From Octopus vulgaris (Eukaryota), in NCBI GenBank assembly GCA_951406725.2, contig OX597819.1, positions 79,422,001-79,486,000 of the forward strand: a stretch of DNA of 64,000 nucleotides. Direction: 5' to 3'. Every line of letters begins with the position of its first letter. Position 1 is the stretch's first letter. The position numbers and the translations under genes were made by a program. Of this stretch, positions 26,124-41,182 are shown piece by piece. The notes below the pieces were generated by a model. The model searched no databases and was not told where the DNA came from. It saw nothing but the letters and a program-made list of their open reading frames with translations.

Positions 26124-26761
26124 TAAGTCTGTTTATCTCATTTCGGTTGTTCTGGATTAATAGGAGCTCGGTCTCGATATGATCAAAGACATTCCATACG
26201 TGATCATCAATTCCAACTATTTGTAATTCATGTAACTGAGATATCAGCTTACGGAGATTTGGTTACTATTTCAAGCAACCACATAGAGCCACCACATAGA
26301 GGCTGTTTGGCTGAATGGAACATGCGGAATTATTGCTGTGTCTGTGTGTGCGGTATATTAATGCGGGTGTGCATGCGTGTGTGTGTGTGTATGAATGTGA
26401 TGTAGTCATGTCTGTGTAGGTGCGTGCGCGTGTGTCTGTTGTTGGCACCATAGTTATATCTGTGTGTGTGTGTGTATGTGTGTGCGTGTGTGCATGCATG
26501 TGTGTGGGTTGTAAGTATTGTACTTATATCTGCGTGAGCGTGTATGAATTTGTGTGTATGTGTATGTGTTTGTGTGAGCGCATGTTGATGCTCTGATTAT
26601 GTATGCGTGTTGTTGTTGTTATTGTGTGTATATATATATATATGCATGTGTGAGTGTGCGTTTGTATGTATGTATATTTATATATGTGTGTGTGTGTGTT
26701 TGTTGTTGATTTAGTTATCAGTGTGTGTCTTTTGTTGTTGTTATGTCTCTCTTTCTCTTTT

Positions 26762-27156
26762 CTCTTTTACTTGTTTCAGTCATTTGACTGCGGCCATGCT
26801 GGAGCACCGCCTTTAATCGAGCAACTCGACCCCGGGACTTATTCTTTGTAAGCCCAGTACTTATTCTATCGGTCTCTTTTTTGCCGAACCGCTAAGTAAC
26901 GGGGACATAAACACACCAGCATCGGTTGTCAAGCGATGCTAGGGGGACAAACACAGACACACAAACACACACATATATATATATACATATATACGACAGG
27001 CTTCTTTCAGTTTCCGTCTACCAAATCCACTCACAAGGCATTGGTCGGCCCGGGGCTATAGCAGAAGACACTTGCCCAAGATGCCACGCAGTGGGACTGA
27101 ACCCGGAACCATGTGGTTGGTTAGTAAGCTACTTACCACACAGCCACTCCTGCGCC
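26762..27156 (-). mobile_element. SINE family A, full length
   Basis: Matches the consensus. Confidence 0.92.
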
Positions 27157-27819
27157 TATATGTATGTATGTATGTGAAATTGTATATATAGTCATATATA
27201 TTTGCGTGCATGCGCACTTGCGTGTGTGTGTGTCTGTGTGTGTTTATGTTTGTATGTATTGGGGTTGGTCTAATAGTTATGTATCTCCGTGCGCGCGTGA
27301 ATATGTGTGTGTGTGCGCGCGCGCGCGCGTGTGTGTGCGTGTGTTTGTTGTACTATATGCCTGTGTGTTGTGAGCGTGTGTTGTGTGTGTGTGTGTGTGC
27401 CTGTGTGTGTTTATGTTTGTATCTATGATACTGCAATAATTATGTTTGCGTGTGTGCATGTTTGTTGGTAGTAATGCATCAGTGTGTGTGTGTGTGTGTG
27501 TGTATGTGGTAGGTAGGCATACGTGTGTGTGTTTGTTAGTATTATACTAATGTGTGTGTGTGTTGGTTTTGTAGTTTTGCAAATGCGTGATTGACTGGTT
27601 GCCAGTATTAGAATTATGCATGTATATATGCGTGCGTGTGTGTGTATGTGTGTTACTGTATTATGTATGAGCGTGTGTGTATTTCTTTGGTGTTATAATG
27701 CATGTTTATGTATGTTCAGGCTGTACATGTGCATGTATATATGTGTGCATGTATGTGTGTATGCATGCAGGTATGTTTGTTAGTATTATAGTCATCTATG
27801 TGTGTGCTCTGGTAGTCAT

Positions 27820-27985
27820 GTAATCCTAAGTCTATCATGCTGCAACAATCCATTCATGACCATCCCGTCTTCTCCCCATGTACAGGGTATCTATGACCAC
27901 CTTATCCAACGTGTCCTTTTCTAAGAAGCGCGTCATTTGAGTGACTTTTGGCTGCTATAGCCAGGTGCTTGAGTGATTGCACAGG
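27820..27985. repeat. Old unclassified interspersed repeat (family E)
   Basis: ..ATGACCATCCCGTCTT..ATTTGAG.GA..TTTGGCTGCTAT..; relatives at ~26150-26290, 36320-36370, 49860-50025, 50340-50400 and 52250-52440. Confidence 0.6.
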
Positions 27986-28309
27986 GGCACCCAAAAATTT
28001 AGTTCAACTGTGGTATGATACTGGCGTTGGAGGGTTGTGGTATGGTGGTTATTTTTAGTGTGCATGTAAGAGTATGTGTTTGTGTGTATGTGTGTGTTTT
28101 GTGTGTGTGTGTGTGTGTATGTGTGTGGATGGTATTTTATATACATGGTGCTCGCGTGGTTATGTTGTAAGAGGTTTCCTTCCCAAACACATGGTTCTAG
28201 GTTCAGTCCCCACCGCGAGGCACCTTGTGCAACTGTCTTCCTATAGTCTCCGGTCGACCAAATATTGTGAATGGATTTCGTAACGGAAGCTGAAAGAATC
28301 CCATCATAT

Positions 28310-28349
<40 letters not shown>

Positions 28350-28368
28350 TACCCACATATATATCTGC

Positions 28369-28415
<47 letters not shown>

Positions 28416-28419
<4 letters not shown>

Positions 28420-28731
28420 GGAATAAATCCAAATTTACAGGGAAAAATCAGATTTAGGATTGAATCCAATTTTATAGTAAAATATTATATAATATTAATT
28501 AGAGACAAAACCACTATTATGCAAATCAAACAAAGAAAGACTTAATCCAATACATAAAAAAATTTATATAAAATTGAATAGAAGGTCTGAAAACCACCTG
28601 ATGAATGTCCTTAGAAGTGACAAGAAACAATTGTCGTGGATAACTTAATTTTATTTAATTTATATAAATTTTTTATGTATTGGATTAAGTCTTTCTTTGT
28701 TTGATTTGCATAATAGTGGTTTTGTCTCTAA

Positions 28732-28742
<11 letters not shown>
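28416..28742 (+). mobile_element. Penelope-like fold-back element in (TA)n: long inverted repeats flanking a hammerhead
   Basis: 28488-28580 is the reverse complement of 28650-28742. Confidence 0.8.
28594..28639 (+). ncRNA. Type I hammerhead ribozyme, intact core
   Basis: CCAC-CTGATGA-A-TGTC-CTTAGAAGT-GACA-A-GAAAC-AATT-GTC-GTGG; stem III ACAATTGT is palindromic. Confidence 0.88.
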
Positions 28743-28778
<36 letters not shown>

Positions 28779-29328
28779 CATATACATACGTGTATATATA
28801 TATATATACATATATATACATACATGTACACATATATATATGCATTATACAATATGTGTGTGTACGAGTGTGCACAGTACTAAGTTTGTGTGTGTGTTGA
28901 GGAAAGGTTGTACGTGTGTATGTATGAGACTTAGTCCTATATAGTTTTAAACTATTCTTCTGTGTTCAATCATTGCGACGATTCGGAGGTGTAACATTTC
29001 TCAATCGTTCCTCTTCTCTCATTCTCCTGCTCCCCATATAAGTTCTCAAGTCTCTCATATAAGTTCTCAAGTCCATACCCTAGTGAGAACTGTTTCGGTT
29101 CATGAGCATAAGGATACGAGATCGGTTGAGCAGATGTCTTCCGGTATAAGTCGGGGCCATTCAAAGTCTTGTGAATGTGTTGAATTTGTTGGACGGCAGC
29201 TGTGTGGAAGCTCATCGTATGTATGTATGTATGTATGTATGTATGTATATGCATGTAGAGCGAGACATGTTTACATACATACACGCATACATATATACAT
29301 ACATTTAAATCTATCTATCTATCTATAA

Positions 29329-29377
<49 letters not shown>

Positions 29378-29405
29378 TACATATATATATATATATATAT
29401 ATATG

Positions 29406-29750
29406 GGCGCAGGAGTGGCAGTGTGGTAAGTAACTTGCTTACCAGACACATGGTTTCGGGTTCAATCGCACTGCGTGACACCTGGGCAAGTGTCTTCTAC
29501 TATAGCCTCGATTCAACCGAAGTCTTGTGAGTGGATTTGGTAGACGGAAACTGAAAGAAGCCCGTCATACACACACACGCACATATGTATTTCTGTTTTT
29601 CCCCAATCATCGTTTGGCTGCTGATATTGGCTTATTTATATGATCCTAAACTAGAGGTTTGAAATTAATGACAGACAGAATAGTACCTAAGTTTAAAAAA
29701 TAATTTTAGGGCAATTTGTTCGTCTAGACCTTTGAAGGCTGTGTCCGACT
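29406..29750 (+). mobile_element. SINE family A, diverged 3' half
   Basis: Head GGCGCAGGAGTGGCAGTGTGGTAAG. Confidence 0.8.
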
Positions 29751-29754
29751 ATGT

Positions 29755-29900
29755 ACATCGACCCCAGTACTTAATCGGTACCTATTTTATCGACTCCGAA
29801 AGGATAAAAGGCAAAGTCGACGTCGCCAGAATTTGAACTTAGACGAAATACCGCAAGGCATTTTGCCCGGTCTGCTAACGTTTCTGCCATTTCGCTGCCT
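29755..29900 (-). mobile_element. SINE family B
   Basis: Nin/Deu-like domain. Confidence 0.8.
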
Positions 29901-30925
29901 TTTATATTACTAGTATTATTGTAGTTTAGCGTTTAGTCAGTCATGATCCGGTTGATATTCTTTCCAAAGACCCTCCCGGTCACTAAAATCTCAGTCTTTT
30001 GCTTCGGTCATGAATTCATCCATCGCGTTACGAAAAAGTTATGTTCACGAAAATCTTACTGCTGTGAGGCTTTCCCTAAAGCGAAGTGCATCTTCCCATA
30101 CATTGCAAAGATCATTGAAACCGATGGGAAGATAGGTTTCGCGTTACAACAAGCTTTCAAAGAAGGCTTCCGTAATGTGTAGGATGTCTGTAACTGGTAC
30201 TATATTTATTAACGAATATGTGCTGTTGACCCTTATGATGGTAGTGTAGGCTTTGAGGGAGACTTGGCTTCCTTATCTTAGAAGTAAAGCAAGTACGTTC
30301 GATTTCTGTCGTTGTGTGTACATGGCTATCACTGCATATTAATAAATGGGTCATGTTCTCCTCGGTGCCAAAGGCACGTAGCAAGCGCATTGTTGTTGAT
30401 GCTGCGCTGCCTAGACCAAGGTCAGGTTTGATTGAGTAGATTCTAGCTATAATCAGTTTTTATCTATTTTTAGTGTTTTTTCTTATACCAATATTGTATT
30501 TTTTTCTTTCTTTTTGTTGATATATCTACAATATGTAATGTAATGGTTCTCTAACCATTGGGTTCCTTGTTCCGCTTCGAATTTCCCAAAACGTGTACGC
30601 CCCGCTATGAGCAGAAGCATTTAGTACATACACTCACACACGCGCGCACACACATACGCATACACACATACACACACACACAACACAGTAAACACATATT
30701 TATAGGTATATACTTTTCTGGTTCTTTCGAATGTTTATAAATACATATAAGATCACCAACACACACACACACACATTTATATATATATGTGTGTGTGTGT
30801 GTGTTGCGTGCGTGCGTGCGTGCATGTGTGTGTGTGTAAGGCTTTTCCCGTTGTAATCCTATAGACATTTAGACTCTTTCTGATTAAGCTGGGTTGTTGT
30901 TGTTGTTGTGTTGTTGTTATTGTTA

Positions 30926-31090
30926 AGGCGGTGAGCTGGCAGAATCGATAGCACACCGGGCAAAATGCTTAGTGGCATTTCTCAGTTCAAATTCCGCCGA
31001 GGTCGGCTTTACGTTTCATCCTTTCGGGGCCGATAAAATAAGTACCAGTTATGTACTGGGATCGATGAAATAGACAAGTCCCCTCCCCAG
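30926..31090 (+). mobile_element. SINE family B
   Basis: GGCGGTGAGCTGGCAGAATCG..TTTCATCCTTTCGGGGCCGATAAAATAAGTACCAG. Confidence 0.8.
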
Positions 31091-31649
31091 GATTATTATT
31101 ATTCTTTGGTATTATCTGTTATTTATTAAACTTCTTTTAATATTTAATTTGCTTTAATGGTAAATTTATAAATTTCAACTTCAGTTAAAATTTTAACCCA
31201 GAGTCTATATACACACTCACACACACACACACATGCACACACGCACACGCACGCACACACACCATATCCTTTATCCTTTATCTTTTATTTGTTTCAGTTA
31301 CTAAATCAACGCTTGGGTATAGTATTTCTTTATCGTTTATAGTCTGGTGCATTTTCTCTCAGTTCAATTCTTTTCTCGAACCGCTAAGTTTACGTAGACG
31401 TAAACAAACCAACATCTGTTCTCATGCAGTGGTGGGGTGTGACAAACACATGGACACATAGATTAACATATATACATGCATATATATATATACACACACA
31501 CACACACATATATATACATATATATATAGTTAAAATTTACAGAAAAAGAAAGAGAAGATAGGTGAGGGAATAAAAAGTAGATGTATTAGTTTAAGGCTCG
31601 GATATAATGGAAACGTCTGCATTTCGCGATAGGAACTTTCAGACCCACT

Positions 31650-31747
<98 letters not shown>

Positions 31748-31756
31748 CATATATAC

Positions 31757-32095
31757 ATCGGAGACCCACTTCGGTCACGATTGACCATAGAATTGCACCT
31801 AGAAAATTACCCTCCAGAGTACAAGTCCGGGCAAAGTTGTTTATGGAAGACCAGCAGTCGCCCATGCATACCAGCCTCCCCTCTTCACGCCACCGATGTC
31901 ATCCAAGGGAAAGTAAAGGCCGATACAGCTTGGCACCAGTGACGTCGCAACTCATTTCTACAACTGAGTAAACTGGGACAACCTGAAATAAAGTGTCTTG
32001 CTCAAGAACACAACACGCAGCCCGGTCCGGGATTCGAACTCACAACCTCACGGTCGTAAGTTCGACGCACTAATCACTAAGCCATGCGCCTTCAC
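31757..32095 (-). mobile_element. SINE family C, full length
   Basis: Reverse complement of the 23023-23325 family. Confidence 0.85.
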
Positions 32096-32145
32096 TATAT
32101 ATATATATATATACATGTATATATGAGTATATTATATATATATAT

Positions 32146-32530
32146 TGTGGAAGCACTCCGTCGGTTACGACGACGAGGGTTCCGGTTGATCCGATCAACG
32201 GAACAGCCTGCTCGTGAAATTAACGTGTAAGTGGCTGAGCACTCCACAGACACGTGTACCCTTAACGTAGTTCTCGGGGATATTCAGCGTGACACAGAGA
32301 GTGACAAGGCCGGCTCTTTGAAATACAGGTACAACAGAAATAGGAAGTAAGAGTGAGAGAAAGTTGTGGTGAAAGAGTACAGCAGGGATCACCACCATCC
32401 CTGCCGGAGCCTCGTGGAGCTTTAGGTGCTTTCGCTCAATAAACACTCACAACGCCCGGTCTGGGAATCGAAACCGCGATCCTACGACCGCGAGTCCGCT
32501 GCCCTAACCACTGGGCCATTGCGCCTCCAC
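32146..32530 (-). mobile_element. SINE family D (tRNA-derived), full length
   Basis: GTGGAGGCGCAATGGCCCAGTGGTTAGGGC..GGTTTCGATTCCC; second copy at 54759-55130 and a tail fragment at 23788-23858. Confidence 0.88.
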
Positions 32531-32548
32531 GTATATATATTGCATATA

Positions 32549-33684
<1,136 letters not shown>

Positions 33685-34029
33685 TGTATATATACATACT
33701 TGTGTATATGTGTATATACTTGTGTGTGTATAAATCTCTCTCTCCCTCTCTCTATTTCTCCATATAAACACAACGGGCTTCCGCACAGTTTCCGTATAAT
33801 AAATTCTCTCACGAGGCATTGAGTTGATCCAGGGCTGTAGTAGAAGACCCAATGAGCCAGGCAGTAAGACTGAACCCGAAACAGGTCCTTGCAAAGCAAG
33901 CTTCTTAACCGGACATGCATGCCTGAGCCAAACACTTGCAGCCTTGTCCATATATATTGTACCTTTTAATTTCTTCAATCATTGGATTGCGGCCATACGA
34001 ACTAACTCACTCTCTCTCCCCACGCACAT

Positions 34030-34113
<84 letters not shown>

Positions 34114-34364
34114 GCGTGTGCGTATACATATATGTAGTCTTATATTCTTTTACTTGTTTCAGTCATTTGACTGCGGCCATGCTGGAGCAATGCCTTTAGT
34201 CGAACAGCGTTTGGCAGAAGAGACTGATAGAATAAGTACATGGCTTAGAAAAAATGAGTCCTGGGGGTCGTTTTGTTCGAATAAAACCTTTCAAGGTGTT
34301 GCTCCTGCATGGCCGTAATCAAATGAAAAAATCAAGAAAAAGAGCAAAAGAATATATATAAATA

Positions 34365-34760
34365 TTTAGTTTTGGGATTTGGTTTGCAAGATTCTTTACA
34401 TGTGTTCGTGTGTTGAAGCATATTGTGTTGTGTCTGGGGAGAGTCAATTTCGTTTTGTGCCTTATAATATAACATAAAAAGAAGAAAAAAGTGGAAATTT
34501 TACCGGTGAGTGTGTTATATTATAAGGCACAAAAAGAAAATGACTCTTCCCAGACACAGAGCACCACCAGCAAAAATATTTTTTCCTCTGTCTTCCCTTC
34601 TTGGGATCTTTCCTTCTCCTTGTTTCCGACGAAGAGCTCCGCTCGAAACGTTAAACCCTCCTTCCCTTCTTTCCTGAGCGTCAATAATACTTTAATTGTT
34701 CCACGTCCTCGCGTTGCTGTGTTTTTTTCTCTTTTTTTCTGTGTTTTCTTGTTTGGATTA

Positions 34761-34765
<5 letters not shown>
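34365..34765 (+). mobile_element. Penelope-like family P2 terminus (hammerhead at 34622-34656) preceded by an inverted repeat 34430-34476 / 34512-34558
   Basis: GTTT-CCGACGA-A-GAGC-TCC-GCTC-GAAAC-GTT-AAAC. Confidence 0.7.
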
Positions 34766-34809
<44 letters not shown>

Positions 34810-35202
34810 ATACATACATACATATGTAAATATAGTCATTCCAAGAATGTCATGGGATTAATAAATCCAAAATATCAATGGTTTCACCGCCATAGTAGTA
34901 GAAGGAAATCTCCACGATTATTATAATAAGTATTATTAACAAGGTAAGGAAGGAAATGGAGAGTTGTGGATTTATAGTTTAATTATTTGTATCATACTTT
35001 GAATTTTAAATTTAAATACAAAAGTACATCGCTCGAAGAAATGTGTAATCTTCATTTTATAAAAACAAAAATCCCTGAAAAGATTCTGCCCCATACAGTT
35101 TAAAATGATAACCAATTCTTAACGTTGGATTTATCCCAAATGCTTCGAACTATGCATTACTAAAGGGCCAGAATCGAAACATATGTAGGTTTTTGAGTTA
35201 CT

Positions 35203-35598
35203 TACTCTTTTACTTGTTTCAGTCGTTTGATTGTGGCCATGCTGGAGTCCCACTTTTAGTCGAGCAAATCGACTCCCAGGACTTATTCTATGTAAGCCTA
35301 GTACTTATTCTATCGGTCCCATTTGCCGAACCGCTAAGTTACGGGGACGTAAACACACCAGCATCGGTTGTGAAGCGATGTTGGGAGGGGGGACAAAAAC
35401 AGACACACAGACACACACACACACACACATATATATACGACAGGCTTCTTTCAGTTTCCGTCTACCAAATCCACTCACAAGGCTTTGGTCGGCCCGAAGC
35501 TATAGTAGAAGACACTTGTCCACCTAAGGCGTCACGCAGTGGGACTGAACCTGGAACCATGTGGTTAGTAAGCAAGCTACTTACCACACAGCCACTCT
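35203..35598 (-). mobile_element. SINE family A
   Basis: Matches the consensus. Confidence 0.9.
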
Positions 35599-35675
35599 GT
35601 TTAAAATTAATTTCTATCTAGATTTTAACTTCAAACTATGACACTAATAAATTAATTATACACCATTTTCTTACC

Positions 35676-35719
<44 letters not shown>

Positions 35720-36206
35720 GTATATGTATGTATATGTATATATATGTATATGTATGTATATGTATATATATGTATATGTATATATGTATACACACATACA
35801 TACATATACATGCACATATGTACACATACACACAAAAACACACACACAAACACGCACACTTACACACATTATTGTCTTGTTTACTTCTCAATTCTGAAGT
35901 AACTGGCGGCCCACTAAAACACTGGTAACACACACCCACTTTGAGAAATAACGGAGTAACGAGTCGTGTGCATAGATATGTGGTATAGTGATGGTATGTA
36001 CGTAACTAAGTATATGCACGCATGTGTACGTGTGTTTGTGGGCACGCACGTTATCGGCGGAAATGTGCGCGGGCGCAGGATGTGCTGTTCGCGCGTTTTA
36101 CTAACGTTCTGTCTGTTTGTGGGTGGCGTACACCACTTATACCAGTGTGTATAGTGGATTGATTTTGTACGCGTATACGCTTTTGTGTGTGTGTTTGTAT
36201 GTGTAT

Positions 36207-36275
<69 letters not shown>

Positions 36276-36456
36276 GTTGGAATTGCGCATATAGTCTCCC
36301 CACCTTTTTTTTGTGAGAGTGAAATATGATTTGAGAAAGATTTGGTTGCTATATCTAGCAGATGGAGCAACATAGTGGCGGCTACGTCACTAGCTCAGGT
36401 AGTTGAGTGTAATTTGGGGTAGTGTTATCTGCTTACAGTGTAATGCATGTACGTAA

Positions 36457-36487
<31 letters not shown>

Positions 36488-37362
36488 CGTACGTATGTAT
36501 GTACGTATGTATGTACGTATGTACGTATGTATGTATGTACGTATGTATGTATGTACGTATGTATGTACGCATGTATGTACGTATGGTTGGATGGATGGAT
36601 GGATGGATGGATAAATACTTAAGTATGTAGGTACGTATTTATGTATATACGTATTTATGTATATACGTATTTATGTATATACGTATTTATGTATGTATAT
36701 ATATGCATGTGTATATAATGCGCGTATGTATATGTATGTATACATACACACACACACACATATATCTACACATATATCTGTGTGTGTGCTTATATGTATG
36801 TATATACGTATGTATAGTTATGCATGTGTATGCATACGTACGAATGTGGTAGTATGTGTGTGTGTAAGCATCCATGTATGCATGCATAAATGTATGTATG
36901 TATGTATGTACATATGACTATATGTATCTGTAATTCGCACATGGTCTTGAGTGTGTGTGTATTTATATATAGTTTATTATTACGATGTTCTGTGCGTGTC
37001 TCTATGTTTATACACCTGTGTGTAATTGTGAGTATTTCTGTAAAGTGTACGTGTATGAATTAAGTATAGTCCTCGGGAATTTAACTGTGTATTAAGTGCA
37101 ATTTGGTAGAGGTAGATAGATAGATATATAGATAAATAGATAGATAGATAAAGAGAGAGAGAGAGTGAAACAGAACTGGAAGAGAGAGAGAGAGTGTGTG
37201 TAGGAGTGCATATTTTGTGTACCCTAGCCGCAATGGTATAATGTGAATGTGAGTGAAACCCCCCCACACACACACACATACACACGTGAACACACACACT
37301 CAGGTGTATACACACTCACCTCCACAAAAATATACATTCTCATACCTATATATACATAAAGA

Positions 37363-37435
<73 letters not shown>

Positions 37436-37867
37436 GTTTGTGTGTGTGGGTATATATATAAATATATATATGTATATTTATGTATATATGTATATACATG
37501 TAAAGTTTATTTTTAATTTATACACTACATCACACATAAAGTATAATGTAACATAATATAATATAATATAAGATAATAATATATATCATTCAGCATGTGT
37601 TTAATTGCATTGTATTTAATGTGCGAGCTATTATGATGTAACAATTGCGTAATGTCTATAATACTCCTTTCGGATGATTTATATGTATAAATATACATAT
37701 ATACATGTATGTATGTATGTATGTATGTATGTATGTATGTATGTATGTATGTATGTATGTATGTATGTATGTATGTATGTATGTTTGTGTGTACATATAC
37801 ATACACATGTAAGTACACACATATATATAAACATATATGTATGTATCTATCTATCTATATATGCATA

Positions 37868-37922
37868 TATATAATATGTATATATGTATGTATGCATGTC
37901 TGTATGTATGTCTGCATATAAG

Positions 37923-37972
<50 letters not shown>

Positions 37973-38027
37973 CTTATATGCAGACATACATACAGACATG
38001 CATACATACATATATACATATTATATA
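37868..38027. repeat. Near-perfect palindrome centred on (TA)n
   Basis: TGCATGTCTGTATGTATGTCTGCATATAAGTATGTA / TACATACTTATATGCAGACATACATACAGACATGCA. Confidence 0.9.
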
Positions 38028-38070
38028 GTTTATTATTATGGTGTTCTGTGCGTGTCTCTATGTTTATACA

Positions 38071-38141
<71 letters not shown>

Positions 38142-38422
38142 GTATATATACATATGTGTGTGTGTTTTTTCTTTGTGTATGTGGAGATTTATGTGACAAT
38201 TTATATGCGCGTGTGTGTTTGTGTGTGAATGTCTGTGAATGTGTGTGTGTAGAAACACCCTACATACGTGTCATGTATAGGGTGTTTTAGTATAAAGGAG
38301 TTTATGAGTGCGTGTAATATGTTGTGTGGTGCGTTCGTTATTTAATGAACTTAAGCAATTAAATGCGAAACGCTATGCTTATTTGCTCAGTGAATGCTGC
38401 ATATATCTATCTGTCTATCTAA

Positions 38423-38525
<103 letters not shown>

Positions 38526-39461
38526 GATGAATAGATAAATGTATATATACACATGTAATTAACAATTTATAAGTACACATACATACACGCATTTGTAAAT
38601 ATGTACAAAAACAATATGGTTATATATATATGTGTATATGGATATATGCAGGTGTATGTGTACACACACATACATATAAACACAACTGTGTATTCGTATG
38701 TATATGTACACATACATATACACACACACACGTGTACACGTAAACACTGACATACATACAGGCAATTACACGCGCACACACATATCCATACGCACGCACA
38801 CATACACACAGCATAAACACGCGCGCGCGCGCACACACACACAGATAGACATGCAACACAAACACGCACACACACACGCACACACACACACACACACACG
38901 CACATGCGTGAGGCGGCCGAGTAGTTAAGGCGTTTGATACGTTGTTTACAATAACCATGTTCGCATCTTTGCGGTCTGGGATCAAATTCGAGCGAGACCG
39001 TCGTTGCTTTTGGACCTGATCGGCATCGACAAACAAAGTAGGAAATTATGCATTGTGTTCAACTTTTTCCAATTCTACCTTTATATCTGCCTGTCGGATA
39101 CCTTTCTCAAAACGAAACCAGCGGCGTCTACACTCGGTGGTTCGCTCCGTGGAGCCTAAAATTACCCTTCGGGGAATATACATGTTTTGTCTTGCATTGG
39201 ATGTATGTATATATATCCATGTATAGATAGACATAGGTACATGAAAATATATATAAATGTGTACATGATGTTACATAATATATGTATGTGTGTGTGTGTA
39301 TGTATATATATATATATGTGTGTGTGATGAGTGTATGTATATATATGTGTGTGTGTGTGCGTCTGTATTTATATATATATATATACGTGTATATATTTAT
39401 CTTATATACATGCACATATCAACAAATATACACATATGTATACACACACACACACACACAA

Positions 39462-39493
<32 letters not shown>

Positions 39494-39639
39494 AGACATA
39501 AGCATATAGAAATATATATTTATACAATTATACACGTTATATAACTGTAATTATATATATCTTTCACATTAACCTTAAACATAGACATACATATGTATAT
39601 ATGTATTTATATATATATATATATATATGTATATACTAT

Positions 39640-39996
39640 TTACTCTCTTACTTGTTTCAGTCATTTGACTGCGGCCATGCTGGAGCACCGCCTTTAGTCG
39701 AGCAAATCGACCCCGGGACTTATTCTTTGAATGCCCAGTACTTTCTCTATCGGTCTCTTTTGCCGAACCGCTAAGTGACGGGGACGTAAGCACACCAGCA
39801 TCGGTTGTCAAGCAATGCTAGGGGGACAAACACACACACACAAACACACACACATATATAAATATATATACATATATACGACAGGCTTCTTTCAGTTTCC
39901 GTCTACCAAATCCACTCACAAGGCATTGGTCGGCCCGAGGCTATAGCAGAAGACACTTGCCCAAGATGCCACGCAGTGGGACTGAACCCGGAACTA
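39640..39996 (-). mobile_element. SINE family A, 5' truncated
   Basis: Matches the consensus. Confidence 0.9.
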
Positions 39997-40035
39997 TGAT
40001 ACATATATACATATACATATACATATATATATATA

Positions 40036-40266
40036 TGTTTCTTTATTAACCACAAGGGGCTAGACATAGAGAGAACAAACAAGACAGACAAACGGATTAA
40101 GACGATTACATCGACCCCAGTGCTTAACTGGTACTTAATTTATCGACCCCGAAAGGATGAAAGGCAAAGTCGGCCTCGGCGGAATTTGAACTCAGAACGT
40201 AGCGGCAGATGAAATACGGCTACGCATTTCGCCCGGCATGCTAACGGTTCTGCCAGCTCGCCGCCT
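40036..40266 (-). mobile_element. SINE family B, full length
   Basis: Matches the consensus. Confidence 0.88.
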
Positions 40267-40401
40267 TTTGGGGCTATTGGGGAGCAAATCTATCACACAG
40301 CTACGCTGCACCTATATATATATAAATATGTATGTTCACACATATAGATATAGATATATATATATATGTACACATATATATATACATACATATATATATA
40401 T

Positions 40402-40565
40402 AGGTGCAGCGTAGCTGTGTGATAGGAGATTTGCTCCCCAATAGCGTGGTCCCGGGTGCTGTCCCACTGAAGTGGCACCTTCGGGAGGTGTCTTCTACTA
40501 AAACCTCGGGCCTACTAGGACCTTGTGAATGGATTTGGTAGACGAAAACTGAAAGAACAACGTCG

Positions 40566-40650
<85 letters not shown>

Positions 40651-40958
40651 TTATATATATATATTTATATATTTATATATATATGTGTATATATATATAT
40701 GTGTGTATGTAAATATATATATATATATATATACACACGTGTGTATATTTGAGTGTGCCTGAGTTTGACCTCCCTACCATCGCTTGACAACCGATGTGTT
40801 TACGTCCTCATACTTTAGCGGTTCGGCCAAAGGATTTGATAAAATAACTACTAGACTTACAACGAATATATTCTGGGGTCGATTTGTGTTCGACAAAAAG
40901 GTGGTGCTCCATCATGGTCGTAGTTACATTACTGAATCTAGTGGAAAAAATAAAAGAA
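40402..40958 (+). mobile_element. SINE family A, diverged, with expanded internal (TA)n
   Basis: Head and tail both recognisable; the head is duplicated in inverted orientation at 40274-40315. Confidence 0.75.
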
Positions 40959-41125
40959 TATATATAAAGTATATATGCAAGCATGTATACATACACACAT
41001 ACACATGCATACATGCAAATATACATTGATACATATATACATATACATAAATATATACATACATATATATACACAAAATTATGAACTAGTCTCTCTCTCT
41101 CTCTTTGTATGTATGTGTGTGTGAT

Positions 41126-41182
<57 letters not shown>

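Noticed and set aside
32455-32530. tRNA-like sequences with A and B boxes
   Set aside because: They are heads of multi-copy SINEs, with no complete acceptor stem.
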